Sequence record: SRR9188677_85
Length of the DNA: 64,000 nt
Direction: 5' to 3' (one strand)
Positions 1 to 10,296 of the stretch are shown in pieces; position 1 is the stretch's first letter, and each line of letters begins with the position of its first letter. Position numbers and translations under genes: made by a program. Under the pieces are notes generated by a model. It was given only the letters and a program-made list of their open reading frames with translations, had not been told where the DNA came from and ran no database searches.

Positions 1-30
1 CTGGGCGACCCCGTCTGGGCGACCCCGTCT
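1..30. repeat. Tandem 14-bp repeat (CTGGGCGACCCCGT)x2, REP-like; may be truncated by the window edge
   Basis: Direct duplication visible; a near reverse-complement copy AGACGGGGTCGCCTAGA lies at about 3492-3508. Confidence 0.7.
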
Positions 31-74
31 TCAAGACTTTGTAAGTGTAACCACTAAAAATCTAATTCAAACAG

Positions 75-109
75 AGCTAATAGCTAACAGCTAAAGGCTA
101 ACTGCTATC
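75..109 (+). repeat. Degenerate heptamer tandem repeat (NGCTAAN)x5
   Basis: AGCTAAT AGCTAAC AGCTAAA GGCTAAC TGCTATC immediately before susD. Confidence 0.6.
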
Positions 110-115
110 ACAAAT

Positions 116-1681
116 ATGAAAAATATCAAATATCTCTTATTCGCAACCATCGCCATAGGTGCCTCTTCCTGCGAGGATTTTTTGAAGGAAGAACCAAAGT
201 CGTTCCTTTCAGAAGAGCAATATTACAAAACCCAAACTGACGCGGTGAACGCGGTAAACGCAGTTTATTTCTTTATGAATTCAGGCGGAAGCGCTATTCA
301 AACGCCTTATAATACCCTGTTCAATACGGGTATGAACATGGCCGGTGATGACGAAGATCCGGGTCCTGGCGCAACAAGCGCAGACGTTCGGTCATTGTCA
401 GTTCTGGCGCATTCGTCAACCAACCTTCGTATTTACGAAATCTGGCAACAGCACTATGCCGCTATCAAAAAGGCCAATGTGGCATTGGAAAAAATTCCTG
501 CTATTGATTTCGATAATGCATTAAAGGAGAGACTTTTGGGAGAAACAAAATTCCTGAGAGCGCTATATTATTTCAATCTGGTTCGCCTGTATGGTGACGT
601 TCCGTTGATCACAGAATATCAAAAATTCGTAAATGCAGCTGATTATAATATTGCTAAATCACCTTCTGCTGACGTCTACAGGCAAATAGAAAAAGACCTG
701 ACGGAAGCCGCTGACGTTTTACCTGTCAGCTACGTTTCACCCAATGTGGGAAGAGCAACCGCGGGTGCTGCAAAAGCTTTGTTGGCAAAAGTACATTTGA
801 CGGAAGCATCGTTTCCACTGAACATCGCTACCCATTATCAGGATGCAGTTACGGTGGCCGAACAGGCGCTTTCAACCGCAGATGGTGGAACCGGAGCGTA
901 TGGATACGACCTTGTTACGAACTACGCAGAGGTGTTTTTGCCAGCGTTCAAAAACAACAAGGAGCACATTTTCTCTGCACAGTTTAAGTCTAACTCGTTG
1001 GGACAAGGCAACAATGAATGGTCTCGTTCTATCTTGTCGGGTATTCCGGGATTGACAGGCAACTATGCTCATATGGTGCGGTTTTATACAAAAGGCGATG
1101 ACAAGTTTTTTAATATTTATAAGCTGTTCCGTGCGGACGACAAACGACGTGCTGTGACTTTCGTACGCAGTTTCACGAGCCCATCAAACGGGAGGAAGTT
1201 TGCCTTGCCCCTGACCAACACCGCTGTGCCGAATGATTCTACTCCATTCTGGAACAAATGGGCAGATCCAACGTCGACAGCCGTTACAGCCCAGGCGAGT
1301 TCCAACGTGCCGATTCTGCGATATGCAGAGTTACTTTTAATTCATGCAGAAGCTGAGAATGAAGCAAATGGCCCAACTGAAAAGGCGTATAAATCTATAA
1401 ATAAGGTCAGAAAAAGAGCGGGATTACCTGACCTTACGACCGGACTGAGCAAAACGCAATTCCGTGATTCTGTCTACCTGGATCGCCGCCTGGAACTGAC
1501 ATATGAATACCAAAGATGGTTTGATCTGATTCGTCAGAAGGACTCAGCCGGAAATTCCAGTTTCGTAGCTAACCTTCAAAAGGTGGGCAAAACCAACGCT
1601 GCCGCTAAGCACCGTTTGTATCCACTGCCACAGTCTGAAATTGACAATAATAAGTTGCTGGTTCAGAACGAGGGCTGGTAG
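116..1681 (+). CDS. RagB/SusD family outer-membrane nutrient-binding lipoprotein
   Basis: Lipobox ASSC; SusD motifs FLRALYYFNLVRLYGDVP, GRAT..AAKALLAK, LRYAELLL..AEA, RRLEL..E..RWFDL, C-terminal QNEGW. Confidence 0.95.
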   Translation: MKNIKYLLFATIAIGASSCEDFLKEEPKSFLSEEQYYKTQTDAVNAVNAVYFFMNSGGSAIQTPYNTLFNTGMNMAGDDEDPGPGATSADVRSLSVLAHSSTNLRIYEIWQQHYAAIKKANVALEKIPAIDFDNALKERLLGETKFLRALYYFNLVRLYGDVPLITEYQKFVNAADYNIAKSPSADVYRQIEKDLTEAADVLPVSYVSPNVGRATAGAAKALLAKVHLTEASFPLNIATHYQDAVTVAEQALSTADGGTGAYGYDLVTNYAEVFLPAFKNNKEHIFSAQFKSNSLGQGNNEWSRSILSGIPGLTGNYAHMVRFYTKGDDKFFNIYKLFRADDKRRAVTFVRSFTSPSNGRKFALPLTNTAVPNDSTPFWNKWADPTSTAVTAQASSNVPILRYAELLLIHAEAENEANGPTEKAYKSINKVRKRAGLPDLTTGLSKTQFRDSVYLDRRLELTYEYQRWFDLIRQKDSAGNSSFVANLQKVGKTNAAAKHRLYPLPQSEIDNNKLLVQNEGW

Positions 1682-1708
1682 GTTGAAAAATTAGAGCCTC
1701 AAAGGGTT

Positions 1709-1836
1709 TTAGCCACGAATTGCACCGCAGCGGCGGCCGCGAATGACCACGAATTAGCTGGTGCAAAGTAACAGCGATCGCTGTGGTGCGTATTCGTGAA
1801 AATTCGCGGACGCCGCGCGGTGCAATTCGTGGCTAA
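1709..1836. repeat. Long imperfect inverted repeat (CACGAAT/ATTCGTG type), intergenic
   Basis: Left arm TTAGCCACGAATTGCACCGCAGCGGCGGCCGCGAAT..CACGAAT pairs with right arm ATTCGTG..ATTCGCGGACGCCGCGCGGTGCAATTCGTGGCTAA. Confidence 0.85.
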
Positions 1837-1900
1837 GAAAATACAGCAAATTTTGAGGCTAATATCATAGGAACGTAATTCAAAGCAAACACAAATTGAA

Positions 1901-3483
1901 ATGCACTCATTCAGAGCTGTTTTGCTGATTTGGCTCATACAACTTGTTGCTGTTTTCCAAGTCGCAGCCCAACAATCGTCCGAAAAACCCAACATTATCA
2001 TCATCCTCGCAGATGACATGGGATTTTCTGATTTGGGAAGCTTCGGCTCTGAGATCAAAACACCAAATCTGGACAGGCTTGCTAAGGAAGGATTGACGTT
2101 AAGACAGTTTTACAATAGTGGCAGATGCTGTCCTTCGCGTGCTGCTTTGCTGACTGGCTTGTATCCGCATCAGGCGGGAATTGGTGATATGGTTCAGGAT
2201 AAAGGTTCGCCTGCGTATCAGGGATATTTGAGTGAAAATAGCGCCACCATTGCTCAGCTTTTGAAAACGGCAAATTACAATACTATCGTTTCAGGAAAAT
2301 GGCATGTCGGCCTTGTTCCGTCTGCGTTTGCGAATAACCGTGGCTTCGATAAATCGTTCACGATGCAGAATAACGGAAGCAGTTATTTCAATTCCGAACC
2401 GATTTATAATGATGGACGGAAGGTGACTTTTCTCTTAAATGGAAAGGAAATTCAGAGAGCCGATACCTCAAAATATCTGACACAGGCTATTACCGATTTT
2501 GCCATCAAATCTTTAAATGAGATTAAGGACGACAAGAATCCATTCTTCCTGTATGTAGCCTACAATGCACCACATTGGCCGATACAAGCATTGCCGGAAG
2601 ATGTTGCAAGATACAAAGGCAAGTACCTGAAAGGCTGGGATGTACTTAGCAACGAACGTTTGAAAAAGCAAAAGGAATTAGGTATCATCCAAAGCGAATG
2701 GGCTCTATCAAAACGATATGATCAGGTTCCGGAATGGGATAGATTAACGGATGCTGAGAAGGAATTTTGGGATACCAGAATGGCGATATACCGGCTATGG
2801 TCGACAGGATGGATCACGGAATTGGTGAAATTCTGTCAAAATTAAAAGAGCAAGGCAAAGACAAGAATACTGTTATTCTGTTCATGTCCGACAATGGCGG
2901 CAGCGGGGATACTGTGAAGGATTGGAACTATGTAACGCAAAAAAACGGAACACCCGGATCGGTGAATTCGATCGACAGCTATTATCCTAACTGGGGAAAT
3001 GTGAGTAATACGCCATTCAGTTTGTTCAAGAAGAATACGCATGAAGGTGGAATCGCGTCACCTTTTATCGCCTGGTTTCCTGCATTAATTACGGCAGGTT
3101 CTACTACCAATTATGTGAGTCATTTGATCGATATTTTACCAACTTGTCTTGAATTGGCAAAGGTTACTTATCCCAAAGAACTCAACTCAAAGTCACTCAC
3201 GCCATTAGAAGGAAAAAGTCTGAAACCTGTTTTCGAGAATAAAATACAAACACGCAAAGAGACGCTGTTCTGGGAACACGAAGGTGCAAGAGCAATCCGA
3301 AAAGGTGATTGGAAATTGGTTGCAGAACTGAACCAACCGTGGGAGTTGTACAACCTTAAAAACGACCGAACTGAAACCCTTAACCTTAAAGAAAAACATC
3401 CTGACAAGGCAGCTGAATTGGAAAAGGAATATTTGCAATGGGCTCTGAAAGTAGGAGTAGTAGATTGGAATACAATTAAATAG
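1901..3483 (+). pseudogene. Arylsulfatase (S1, Cys-type), split by a 1-nt frameshift near 2791; true lesion or sequencing error
   Basis: N-half has signal peptide, DDMGFSD, CCPSRAALLTG, GKWH, APHWP; C-half (SDNGG, EGGI, FWEHEG) continues in another frame; one added G restores MAIYAAMVDRMD, matching paralog MAIYAAVIYRLD. Confidence 0.9.
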
Positions 3484-3491
3484 TGCAGAAA

Positions 3492-3522
3492 AGACGGGGT
3501 CGCCTAGACTTGGCAGGTCTAG
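3492..3522. repeat. REP-like element related to the repeat at 1-30
   Basis: AGACGGGGTCGCC followed by hairpin TAGACTTGGCAGGTCTA. Confidence 0.55.
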
Positions 3523-3561
3523 AATAATTCTGGATTAATAACTTAACCTTAAAATTTAAAT

Positions 3562-5181
3562 ATGCAACTGAAATTCAAGCCGGTACTAGTATTGGCACTC
3601 TGCATTATAATTAAGACCTCCTTTGCTCAAAAGAAACCAAACGTCATCGTCATCCTGGCAGATGATTTGGGCTACTCGGATCTCGGTTGCTATGGAAGTG
3701 AAATCCCGACGCCAAACCTGGATAAGCTGGCTCAAAACGGCGTTAGGCTAACCAGCTTTTACAACACAGCCCGTTGTTGCCCAACCCGAGCGGCTTTGCT
3801 AACCGGCGTTTACAGTCACCAGGCAGGAATCGGTCATATGATGGAAGACAAAGGGGTTGACCATCCCGCTTACCGTGCCCAGTTGAATCACAGTAGCGTG
3901 ACGATCGCAGAAGTAATGAAAAGTGCGGGCTATTTTACCGCGATGAGTGGCAAATGGCACGTTGGTCAGCCGCACGGAACCGTTCCGTGGAAGCGCGGTT
4001 TTGATCGTTCGTTGAATGCTCCTGCCGGAGGTTTTTACTATGGCGCAGGAGCGAATGCGAAGCTTTTTTTGAATGGCGAGGAACTGGCGAATGATTCGGA
4101 TAAGTTGCCAAAAGATTGGTATACAACCGATTTGTGGACGGATTTTGGATTGCGTTTTATTGATGAAGGCATTGCTGCCAAAAAGCCGGTTATGCTTTAT
4201 CTGGCGCATAATGCACCGCATTTCCCGTTGCAGGCACCGCAGGAAGATATTGATAGATTCAAAGGAAAATATTTAAAAGGTTATGAAAAGCTTCGTCAGG
4301 AACGCTACGCAAAACAAATCAAATTGGGCCTGATCGACCCTTCCTGGAAGTTGCCACCTAGAAACCCGAACATTCCAAAATGGGAAAGTTTGAGCCAGGC
4401 AGATAAGGAAAAGTATGACCACATGATGGCGATATACGCCGCGGTTATTTACAGGCTCGACAAAAGTATCGGTGATCTTGTAGCCGGCTTGAAGAAAAGA
4501 GGTGTCTTTGATGATACGGTCATAATGTTCGTGTCAGATAATGGTGGAAACGCCGAACCGGGTATTGAAGGAAAGTTCGATGGGGACAATCCGGGATCAG
4601 CAAAATCGAATGTATTTCTCGGACAAGGCTGGGCAGAAGCGGCGTGTGCACCTTTCTGGGCATACAAGCATCATACGCATGAAGGCGGCATTTCTTCTCC
4701 GGGAATTATTTCCTGGCCAAATGGCATTCCTGCATCCAGAAATGGTAAATTTGAAAAGCAACCTGCTCACATCATTGATATTATGGCGACACTTGTGGAT
4801 ATTGGAGGAGCGAAATACCCGACTACTTTCGAAGGACAAAACATTCAGCCATTGGAAGGAACGAGCTTGAAACCTGCATTCACGGGAAAAGCGATTAACC
4901 GTAAAAATCCAATTTTCTGGGAACATGAGGGCAATCGTGCAATCCGAGATGGTAAATGGAAACTGGTTGCCGAGCGCTCAGAAAAGTGGCAGCTTTATGA
5001 TATGGATAAGGATCGGACGGAATTGGTTGATTTGTCAGCCAAGAATCCAGAAGTTACAAAAGATCTTGAAGCCAAATACGCATCTTGGTACAAAAGAGTA
5101 GGAGCCGAGCCTTATGACAAAGATTTCAAATGGTTTTACGATTACGAAAAGGCAAAAAAAGAAGCAGCATCTGAGAAGTAA
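3562..5181 (+). CDS. Arylsulfatase (S1, Cys-type)
   Basis: Signal peptide; DDLGYSD, CCPTRAALLTG, GKWH, APHFP, SDNGG, FWEHEG. Confidence 0.95.
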   Translation: MQLKFKPVLVLALCIIIKTSFAQKKPNVIVILADDLGYSDLGCYGSEIPTPNLDKLAQNGVRLTSFYNTARCCPTRAALLTGVYSHQAGIGHMMEDKGVDHPAYRAQLNHSSVTIAEVMKSAGYFTAMSGKWHVGQPHGTVPWKRGFDRSLNAPAGGFYYGAGANAKLFLNGEELANDSDKLPKDWYTTDLWTDFGLRFIDEGIAAKKPVMLYLAHNAPHFPLQAPQEDIDRFKGKYLKGYEKLRQERYAKQIKLGLIDPSWKLPPRNPNIPKWESLSQADKEKYDHMMAIYAAVIYRLDKSIGDLVAGLKKRGVFDDTVIMFVSDNGGNAEPGIEGKFDGDNPGSAKSNVFLGQGWAEAACAPFWAYKHHTHEGGISSPGIISWPNGIPASRNGKFEKQPAHIIDIMATLVDIGGAKYPTTFEGQNIQPLEGTSLKPAFTGKAINRKNPIFWEHEGNRAIRDGKWKLVAERSEKWQLYDMDKDRTELVDLSAKNPEVTKDLEAKYASWYKRVGAEPYDKDFKWFYDYEKAKKEAASEK

Positions 5182-5241
5182 CAAAGCGTAGATACTTACA
5201 AAAAAGCATTAGGAATTATTGTAAGAATAGCAAAACAAACA

Positions 5242-5288
5242 GTGCCATAGGCACGACCGATTTTGTAACCCCGGAATTTATTCCGTGG
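5242..5288. repeat. Paired small palindromes, REP-like
   Basis: GTGCC-ATA-GGCAC and CGGAAT-TT-ATTCCG between sulfatase genes. Confidence 0.45.
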
Positions 5289-5322
5289 ACTCAAAAAGTC
5301 AGCAAGGCGAAATAATCTAAAC

Positions 5323-7131
5323 ATGAAAAAAATCAAGTTCTGGCTACTACTTATGTGTCTGCAAGCAACGCAAGTGTTTGCCCAAGACCGTCCCAACATC
5401 CTTTGGATTGTCAGTGAAGACAACATTCCCATGCTGGGTGCTTACGGAGACAAATTCGCTACCACGCCAAATCTGGACGCTTTCGCGCAAAAAAGTATTT
5501 TGTATAAAAATGCATTTTCGACCGCACCAGTTTGTGCACCTTCTCGCAATACACTCATCACCGGTATGTACCCGCCGTCCAATGGAACCGAGCATATGCG
5601 GAGCATTTATCCCGTGCCGGATTATGTAAAATTCCTGCCAAAATATCTTCGTGAAGCTGGATACTACACAACCAACAATGCCAAAAAGGATTACAATACG
5701 ACAGATCAATTAGACGCCTGGGACGAATCTTCCACCAAGGCAACGTGTAAAAACAGGAAACCGGGTCAGCCGTTTTTTGCTGTTTTTAACTTGAATGTAA
5801 GTCATGAAAGCTCTTTGTTTGAGCCAGTTGCAAAGCTAAAACATGATCCTGAAAAAGTGCCGTTGCCACCTTATCATCCTGCAACACCGGAAATGAAACA
5901 TGATTGGGCACAGTATTACGACAAGATCGAGGACATGGACGGTCAGTTTGGCCAACTGTTGAAAGAACTGAACGAAGCAGGTTTAGCTGAAAATACCATC
6001 ATTTTTTATTACGGGGACAACGGTGGTGTTCTCGCAAGAAGTAAAAGATATATGTATGAATCGGGTCTGCACGTACCTCTGATCATTCATTTACCAAAAA
6101 AATATGAAGACCTGGCTTCGGTAAAACAAGGAAGTCAGACGGATCGGCTGGTAACATTTCTGGATTTTGCTCCCACTATTTTAAGCCTGGTTGGAATAAA
6201 AATCCCGGACTACATGCAGGGAGAAGCGTTTTTGGGCAAACAACAAAAACCTGAGCATGAGTATGCATACGGTTTTCGGGGAAGAATGGATGAGCGAATT
6301 GACATGTCCAGATCGGTTCGTGATAAGAGATTCAGGTATATCCGCAATTATCTTCCTCACAAAATTTACGGTCAGTATCTGGAATATCTCTGGAAAGCGC
6401 CGTCTGTACAGTCGTGGCTGGATGAATACAAAGCGGGAAAACTGAATGCTGTTCAATCAAAATTCTGGCAGGAAAAACCGGCAGAGGAATTGTTTGATGT
6501 ACTCGCCGATCCACATAATGTGAAGAGCCTTGTTGACGATCCTAAATATGCCAGCGATCTGAAAAGGCTAAGAAAAGCGAATGAAGACTGGATTCTCAAA
6601 TCAGTAGATGTTGGCTTTATACCCGAAGCAATTTTGTCTGATATCGCCGTGACAACACCGTTACGCGATTATTCTAAAAGTGGAAAGTACAATCTTAAAC
6701 TTGTGTTGGAAACTGCCGATCAGGCGTCTTCGCGCAATGCTGCCTATACCGATAAATTGATTGCAAAACTTGCAAACCAGGATCCGACAGTGCGTTATTG
6801 GGCTGCAACCGGATTGCTGATTCTAAAAGCAAAATCTGGCAAGAAAACATTGATTAAAGCAACGACAGACTCAGAAGCGGCGGTTCGTATTGCTGCATCG
6901 GAAGCGCTGTATCAAATCGGCGAAAAGAAATTGGCAATAAAGACGTTGACCGATGAATTAAAAGGTCATAATCTGACAGCCAGAGTTCAGGCGCTTAATG
7001 CACTTAGTAACATCGGAGCCGACTCCTCGCCTGCCCTGGAAAACGCAAAACTATTGATCAAGGAAACGCCGGGTATGTTCGATTACGATTCCAGAGCTGC
7101 AAAGGACTTTGTAACAAGGTTTGGAAATTGA
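5323..7131 (+). CDS. Sulfatase (S1, Cys-type) with C-terminal HEAT-like repeats
   Basis: SED, CAPSRNTLITG, GDNG, RMDER; tail with DPTVRYWAATGL, DSEAAVRIAASEAL, ARVQALNAL helical repeats. Confidence 0.92.
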   Translation: MKKIKFWLLLMCLQATQVFAQDRPNILWIVSEDNIPMLGAYGDKFATTPNLDAFAQKSILYKNAFSTAPVCAPSRNTLITGMYPPSNGTEHMRSIYPVPDYVKFLPKYLREAGYYTTNNAKKDYNTTDQLDAWDESSTKATCKNRKPGQPFFAVFNLNVSHESSLFEPVAKLKHDPEKVPLPPYHPATPEMKHDWAQYYDKIEDMDGQFGQLLKELNEAGLAENTIIFYYGDNGGVLARSKRYMYESGLHVPLIIHLPKKYEDLASVKQGSQTDRLVTFLDFAPTILSLVGIKIPDYMQGEAFLGKQQKPEHEYAYGFRGRMDERIDMSRSVRDKRFRYIRNYLPHKIYGQYLEYLWKAPSVQSWLDEYKAGKLNAVQSKFWQEKPAEELFDVLADPHNVKSLVDDPKYASDLKRLRKANEDWILKSVDVGFIPEAILSDIAVTTPLRDYSKSGKYNLKLVLETADQASSRNAAYTDKLIAKLANQDPTVRYWAATGLLILKAKSGKKTLIKATTDSEAAVRIAASEALYQIGEKKLAIKTLTDELKGHNLTARVQALNALSNIGADSSPALENAKLLIKETPGMFDYDSRAAKDFVTRFGN

Positions 7132-7191
7132 AAATCAACAAGATAGCCTATTGACAATGTCGGCGGCATTCATTATGTTTACTTAATTAAG

Positions 7192-7208
7192 TCTACAAAA
7201 TTTGTAGA
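7192..7208. promoter_or_regulatory. Palindromic operator candidate TCTAC-N7-GTAGA
   Basis: TCTACAAA-A-TTTGTAGA perfect inverted repeat 22 nt before ATG 7231; related copies at 11148, 13004, 56830. Confidence 0.6.
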
Positions 7209-7230
7209 AGTAACTAGTAAATGTATCGTG

Positions 7231-10200
7231 ATGGCAAAACTCTACCGAATTGTATGTGTTGCTTTGGGAGCTATTTTGATTGCTTCCCATTGCTTTGCCC
7301 TTGACTTGTCTGCAAGCATTACCTCCGGTGGAATAAGCCGCAGCTTTGTGTTTCACTCACCCGGAACTGCGGTTGCCGAAAATTTACCCTTGGTGATTGT
7401 CATGCATGGAGACGGTGGAACGGGAGCCGGAATAAAGGGATACACCGGTTTCGATGCCGTAGCCAATTCCTCCAATTTTGTTGCCGTATATCCCGACGCT
7501 TTGAACGGCGCATGGAACAGGTACGTGGACAATCAGCCTGGCGACGCCGGATTGGGTAATCCGAATGCCCCCGACGACGTGCTTTTCATCTCAGATGTGA
7601 TTTCCTATTTCTGTTCGACTTATCATATTAACGCTCAAAAAGTATATGCTACCGGACATTCGGCAGGAGGATTTATGGCTTACCATCTGGCTTTAAAGCT
7701 ACCCAGTCGAATAGCTGCTTTTGCACCTGTGGCGGCCAGCGTTTGGGGCGCTTCCAGTTATATTTCCAGTCTCTATACCAGCAACTTTGTGAAAGTGCCC
7801 ATCATGCATATTCATGGAGATGCTGACCAAACGGTTGCTTATCCAGACCCTGACAATGTTGCCAGGGACTGGGAAGAGTGGCCAATGAACAATTTCAGCG
7901 CGTTTACCTGCGGAGCCAGAACTTACACCTCCACCACAAACCTGGTCACAGATGCTCAGCAAATTGTAAAAATCAAAAAGCTCGTTTTTTGTCCCGGCGG
8001 CCCGGGTCTTAAAGAAGTCAGCCTGATCAGGATCGTTGGTGGAGGACATGGATGGCCGGGTGTTGCAGGTTGGAACACAGCACAAAATATCTGGGATTTT
8101 TTTAATGGTTATTCCCTTTCCGGCATTGCGTCTTGCGCAGCAGTTGTAGCGGTTAACACGGTAACGGTTTCGGTGAACACCGGTTTGGAAAGAAAGACAA
8201 TCAGCCCACTCATCTATGGACTTAACCCATATCATTACGATCAGACGCTGACGGGCATGGCCGTAAATGCGAGTGGAACGGGCGTTACGGCGCTGAGATT
8301 TGGCGGTGATGCAGTGTCGACTTACAATTGGGAAAAGAATGTGAATACCTCCTGGAACAGCACTTGTTGTGCGACTTACAACTCCAACGACAACAACCAT
8401 TTTCTGGCTTATGCATCCGGACAGTCCTCGGTTAATTTCGGTGTAAAAGCAGGTGCGCCATTAAAATTGATTTCGGATGCCAACAATCTTTCAGCTTATT
8501 CATTGATTCAAATTTCAGCAGCTAAATACGTTGCAAAAGATTTTGGCGGTTGTATTATGACTCCGGGTTGTGGCGCCGCCGCGACAGGTGGCAGGCTGGA
8601 CGAAGTGTTGATACAGAAACCGACTGCGCTAACACTAACACCTAACCTTACAGACGCTTTCGTATACGCAGACGAAGAGGTAAACTACCTGATTAACCAG
8701 GCAGGACTCAGTACCACGGGTGGGCCAAAAGGCTATTGTCTGGAAAACGAACCTGGAATATGGAGCAATACGCATCCGCTTAATCACCCAGTAAAAGCGA
8801 CTTGTAATGAGGTAATTACTAAAAACAGCGATCTGGCGAAAAGGATTAAAACCCTGGATCCGAACGCTGAAACCTTTGGTCCGGGAATGTTTGGGTTTTC
8901 AGAATATGTTCATTTGAATACCGAAGGAAGCTGGGGCAATCCAAACTATTATCCGGCTGACTGGGCCACGTACAATATGAGTGGGGTTGCAGGCTTCAAT
9001 GCAGTCAATTATCAGTATATGACCTGGGTTTGTTCGTATCTGCGTCAAATGAAAATGGCTTCTGATACAGAAGGAAAGCGACTTTTGGATGGTTTGGACG
9101 TTCACTTTTACAATCAGGGAAATAACGTTTATCAGGATTCACGCAGTTTTTGGGATCCAACTTATGTTGAAAGCAGCTGGATTACCAGCGATGTGATTGG
9201 AGGAAGGCCGCTATATCTGGTCAACTATTTGAAGAAAGCAATCAACGATTTTTATCCCGGAACCAAGCTGGCCATAACGGAATGGGGAAATTTTGAAAAT
9301 TACAGTCAGGTTTCGGCAGGTATTTACACAGCTGACTTACTTGGAGCGTTTGGAAAAAATGATGTGTATATGGGCACATATTTTGGCAGGCTAATGGGTT
9401 TTACGGCCGGAGCTTTTAAGGTATTTAGAAATTATGATGGAGCAAACGGAACGTTTGGGAATACGGCCGTTGCGTCTCAGTCGACAAATAACACTAAAGT
9501 AACTGCATATTCTTCGCTAGAAGGAACCTCAGAAAATAAGCTCCATGTTGTTTTGATCAACCGATCTTCAACAGCCGAACAAGTTGGACTTGCATTGACC
9601 TCAGCTGCAACTTATGGTACTGCCGAGGTTTACGCGATGGAGTCCGGAGGAGCTGGCGCGATTACCCAAAAAACTTCACTCTCTGGTATCACAGATAACC
9701 AGCTTACTTACTCACTACCGGCAAGGTCGGTTTATCATTTTGTACTTAATTCCTCAACTCCATTGCCAGTGACGCTGGTTAGTTTCACGGCTGAAAAGGA
9801 AGAAGGAAGTTCTGTAAAAGTGCGGTGGAGAACTGCTTCGGAAATAAATGCAGATGTATTTGAAGTTGAGAGAAGCATCAATGGGAAAGACTTCCAGACA
9901 GTCCATTTAGCGAAATCATCTGGTGCTGAGAATTCAGAGGCTGAGTATCAGTATTTGGATGAAAATCTGGTTCCTGATACTTATTATTATAGATTAAAAA
10001 GTATTGATCAGGACAAAAGTTTTGCCTATTCCAAAATCGTTTCTGTTGAAATTGATGGTGAATATGACTTTTTCGTATCGCCTTCTCCAACCCAGAATAC
10101 GTTTACAATCGGAAATTTTAACGGAAATGTGCCGTTTGATCTGGAAGTGTTAGATGTAAGCGGGAATAAAGTTTTGTCTAAAAAAGTGATTAAAAAAGGT

Positions 10201-10290
10201 CAGGAAATTGACATTCGCTCGTTGCGTTCAGGAATTTATTTTGTGAAGGTAAATGGGAAAGATGTGAAGCGGTTGGTGGTAGTTAGATGA
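7231..10290 (+). CDS. T9SS-secreted fusion: LpqC/PHB-depolymerase-like esterase + GH44-like glycoside hydrolase + CTD
   Basis: MHGDGG, GHSAGG nucleophile, HGDAD, GGHGW; then ISPLIYG, RFGG..STYNWE, ENEPGIW..TH, LDVHFY, AITEW, FRNYDG; PLPVTLVSF and SGIYFVKV T9SS tail. Confidence 0.85.
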   Translation: MAKLYRIVCVALGAILIASHCFALDLSASITSGGISRSFVFHSPGTAVAENLPLVIVMHGDGGTGAGIKGYTGFDAVANSSNFVAVYPDALNGAWNRYVDNQPGDAGLGNPNAPDDVLFISDVISYFCSTYHINAQKVYATGHSAGGFMAYHLALKLPSRIAAFAPVAASVWGASSYISSLYTSNFVKVPIMHIHGDADQTVAYPDPDNVARDWEEWPMNNFSAFTCGARTYTSTTNLVTDAQQIVKIKKLVFCPGGPGLKEVSLIRIVGGGHGWPGVAGWNTAQNIWDFFNGYSLSGIASCAAVVAVNTVTVSVNTGLERKTISPLIYGLNPYHYDQTLTGMAVNASGTGVTALRFGGDAVSTYNWEKNVNTSWNSTCCATYNSNDNNHFLAYASGQSSVNFGVKAGAPLKLISDANNLSAYSLIQISAAKYVAKDFGGCIMTPGCGAAATGGRLDEVLIQKPTALTLTPNLTDAFVYADEEVNYLINQAGLSTTGGPKGYCLENEPGIWSNTHPLNHPVKATCNEVITKNSDLAKRIKTLDPNAETFGPGMFGFSEYVHLNTEGSWGNPNYYPADWATYNMSGVAGFNAVNYQYMTWVCSYLRQMKMASDTEGKRLLDGLDVHFYNQGNNVYQDSRSFWDPTYVESSWITSDVIGGRPLYLVNYLKKAINDFYPGTKLAITEWGNFENYSQVSAGIYTADLLGAFGKNDVYMGTYFGRLMGFTAGAFKVFRNYDGANGTFGNTAVASQSTNNTKVTAYSSLEGTSENKLHVVLINRSSTAEQVGLALTSAATYGTAEVYAMESGGAGAITQKTSLSGITDNQLTYSLPARSVYHFVLNSSTPLPVTLVSFTAEKEEGSSVKVRWRTASEINADVFEVERSINGKDFQTVHLAKSSGAENSEAEYQYLDENLVPDTYYYRLKSIDQDKSFAYSKIVSVEIDGEYDFFVSPSPTQNTFTIGNFNGNVPFDLEVLDVSGNKVLSKKVIKKGQEIDIRSLRSGIYFVKVNGKDVKRLVVVR

Positions 10291-10296
10291 GGGGTT

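Noticed and set aside
2785-2800. Programmed ribosomal frameshift in the first sulfatase
   Set aside because: No slippery heptamer or stimulatory structure; a simple one-base loss explains it.
7699-8400. Long antisense or alternate-frame ORFs (e.g. 7699-8400, 36526-37101, 35925-36434, 1699-2058, 38916-39215, 57110-57541)
   Set aside because: They shadow well-supported genes or translate repeats, with no motifs.
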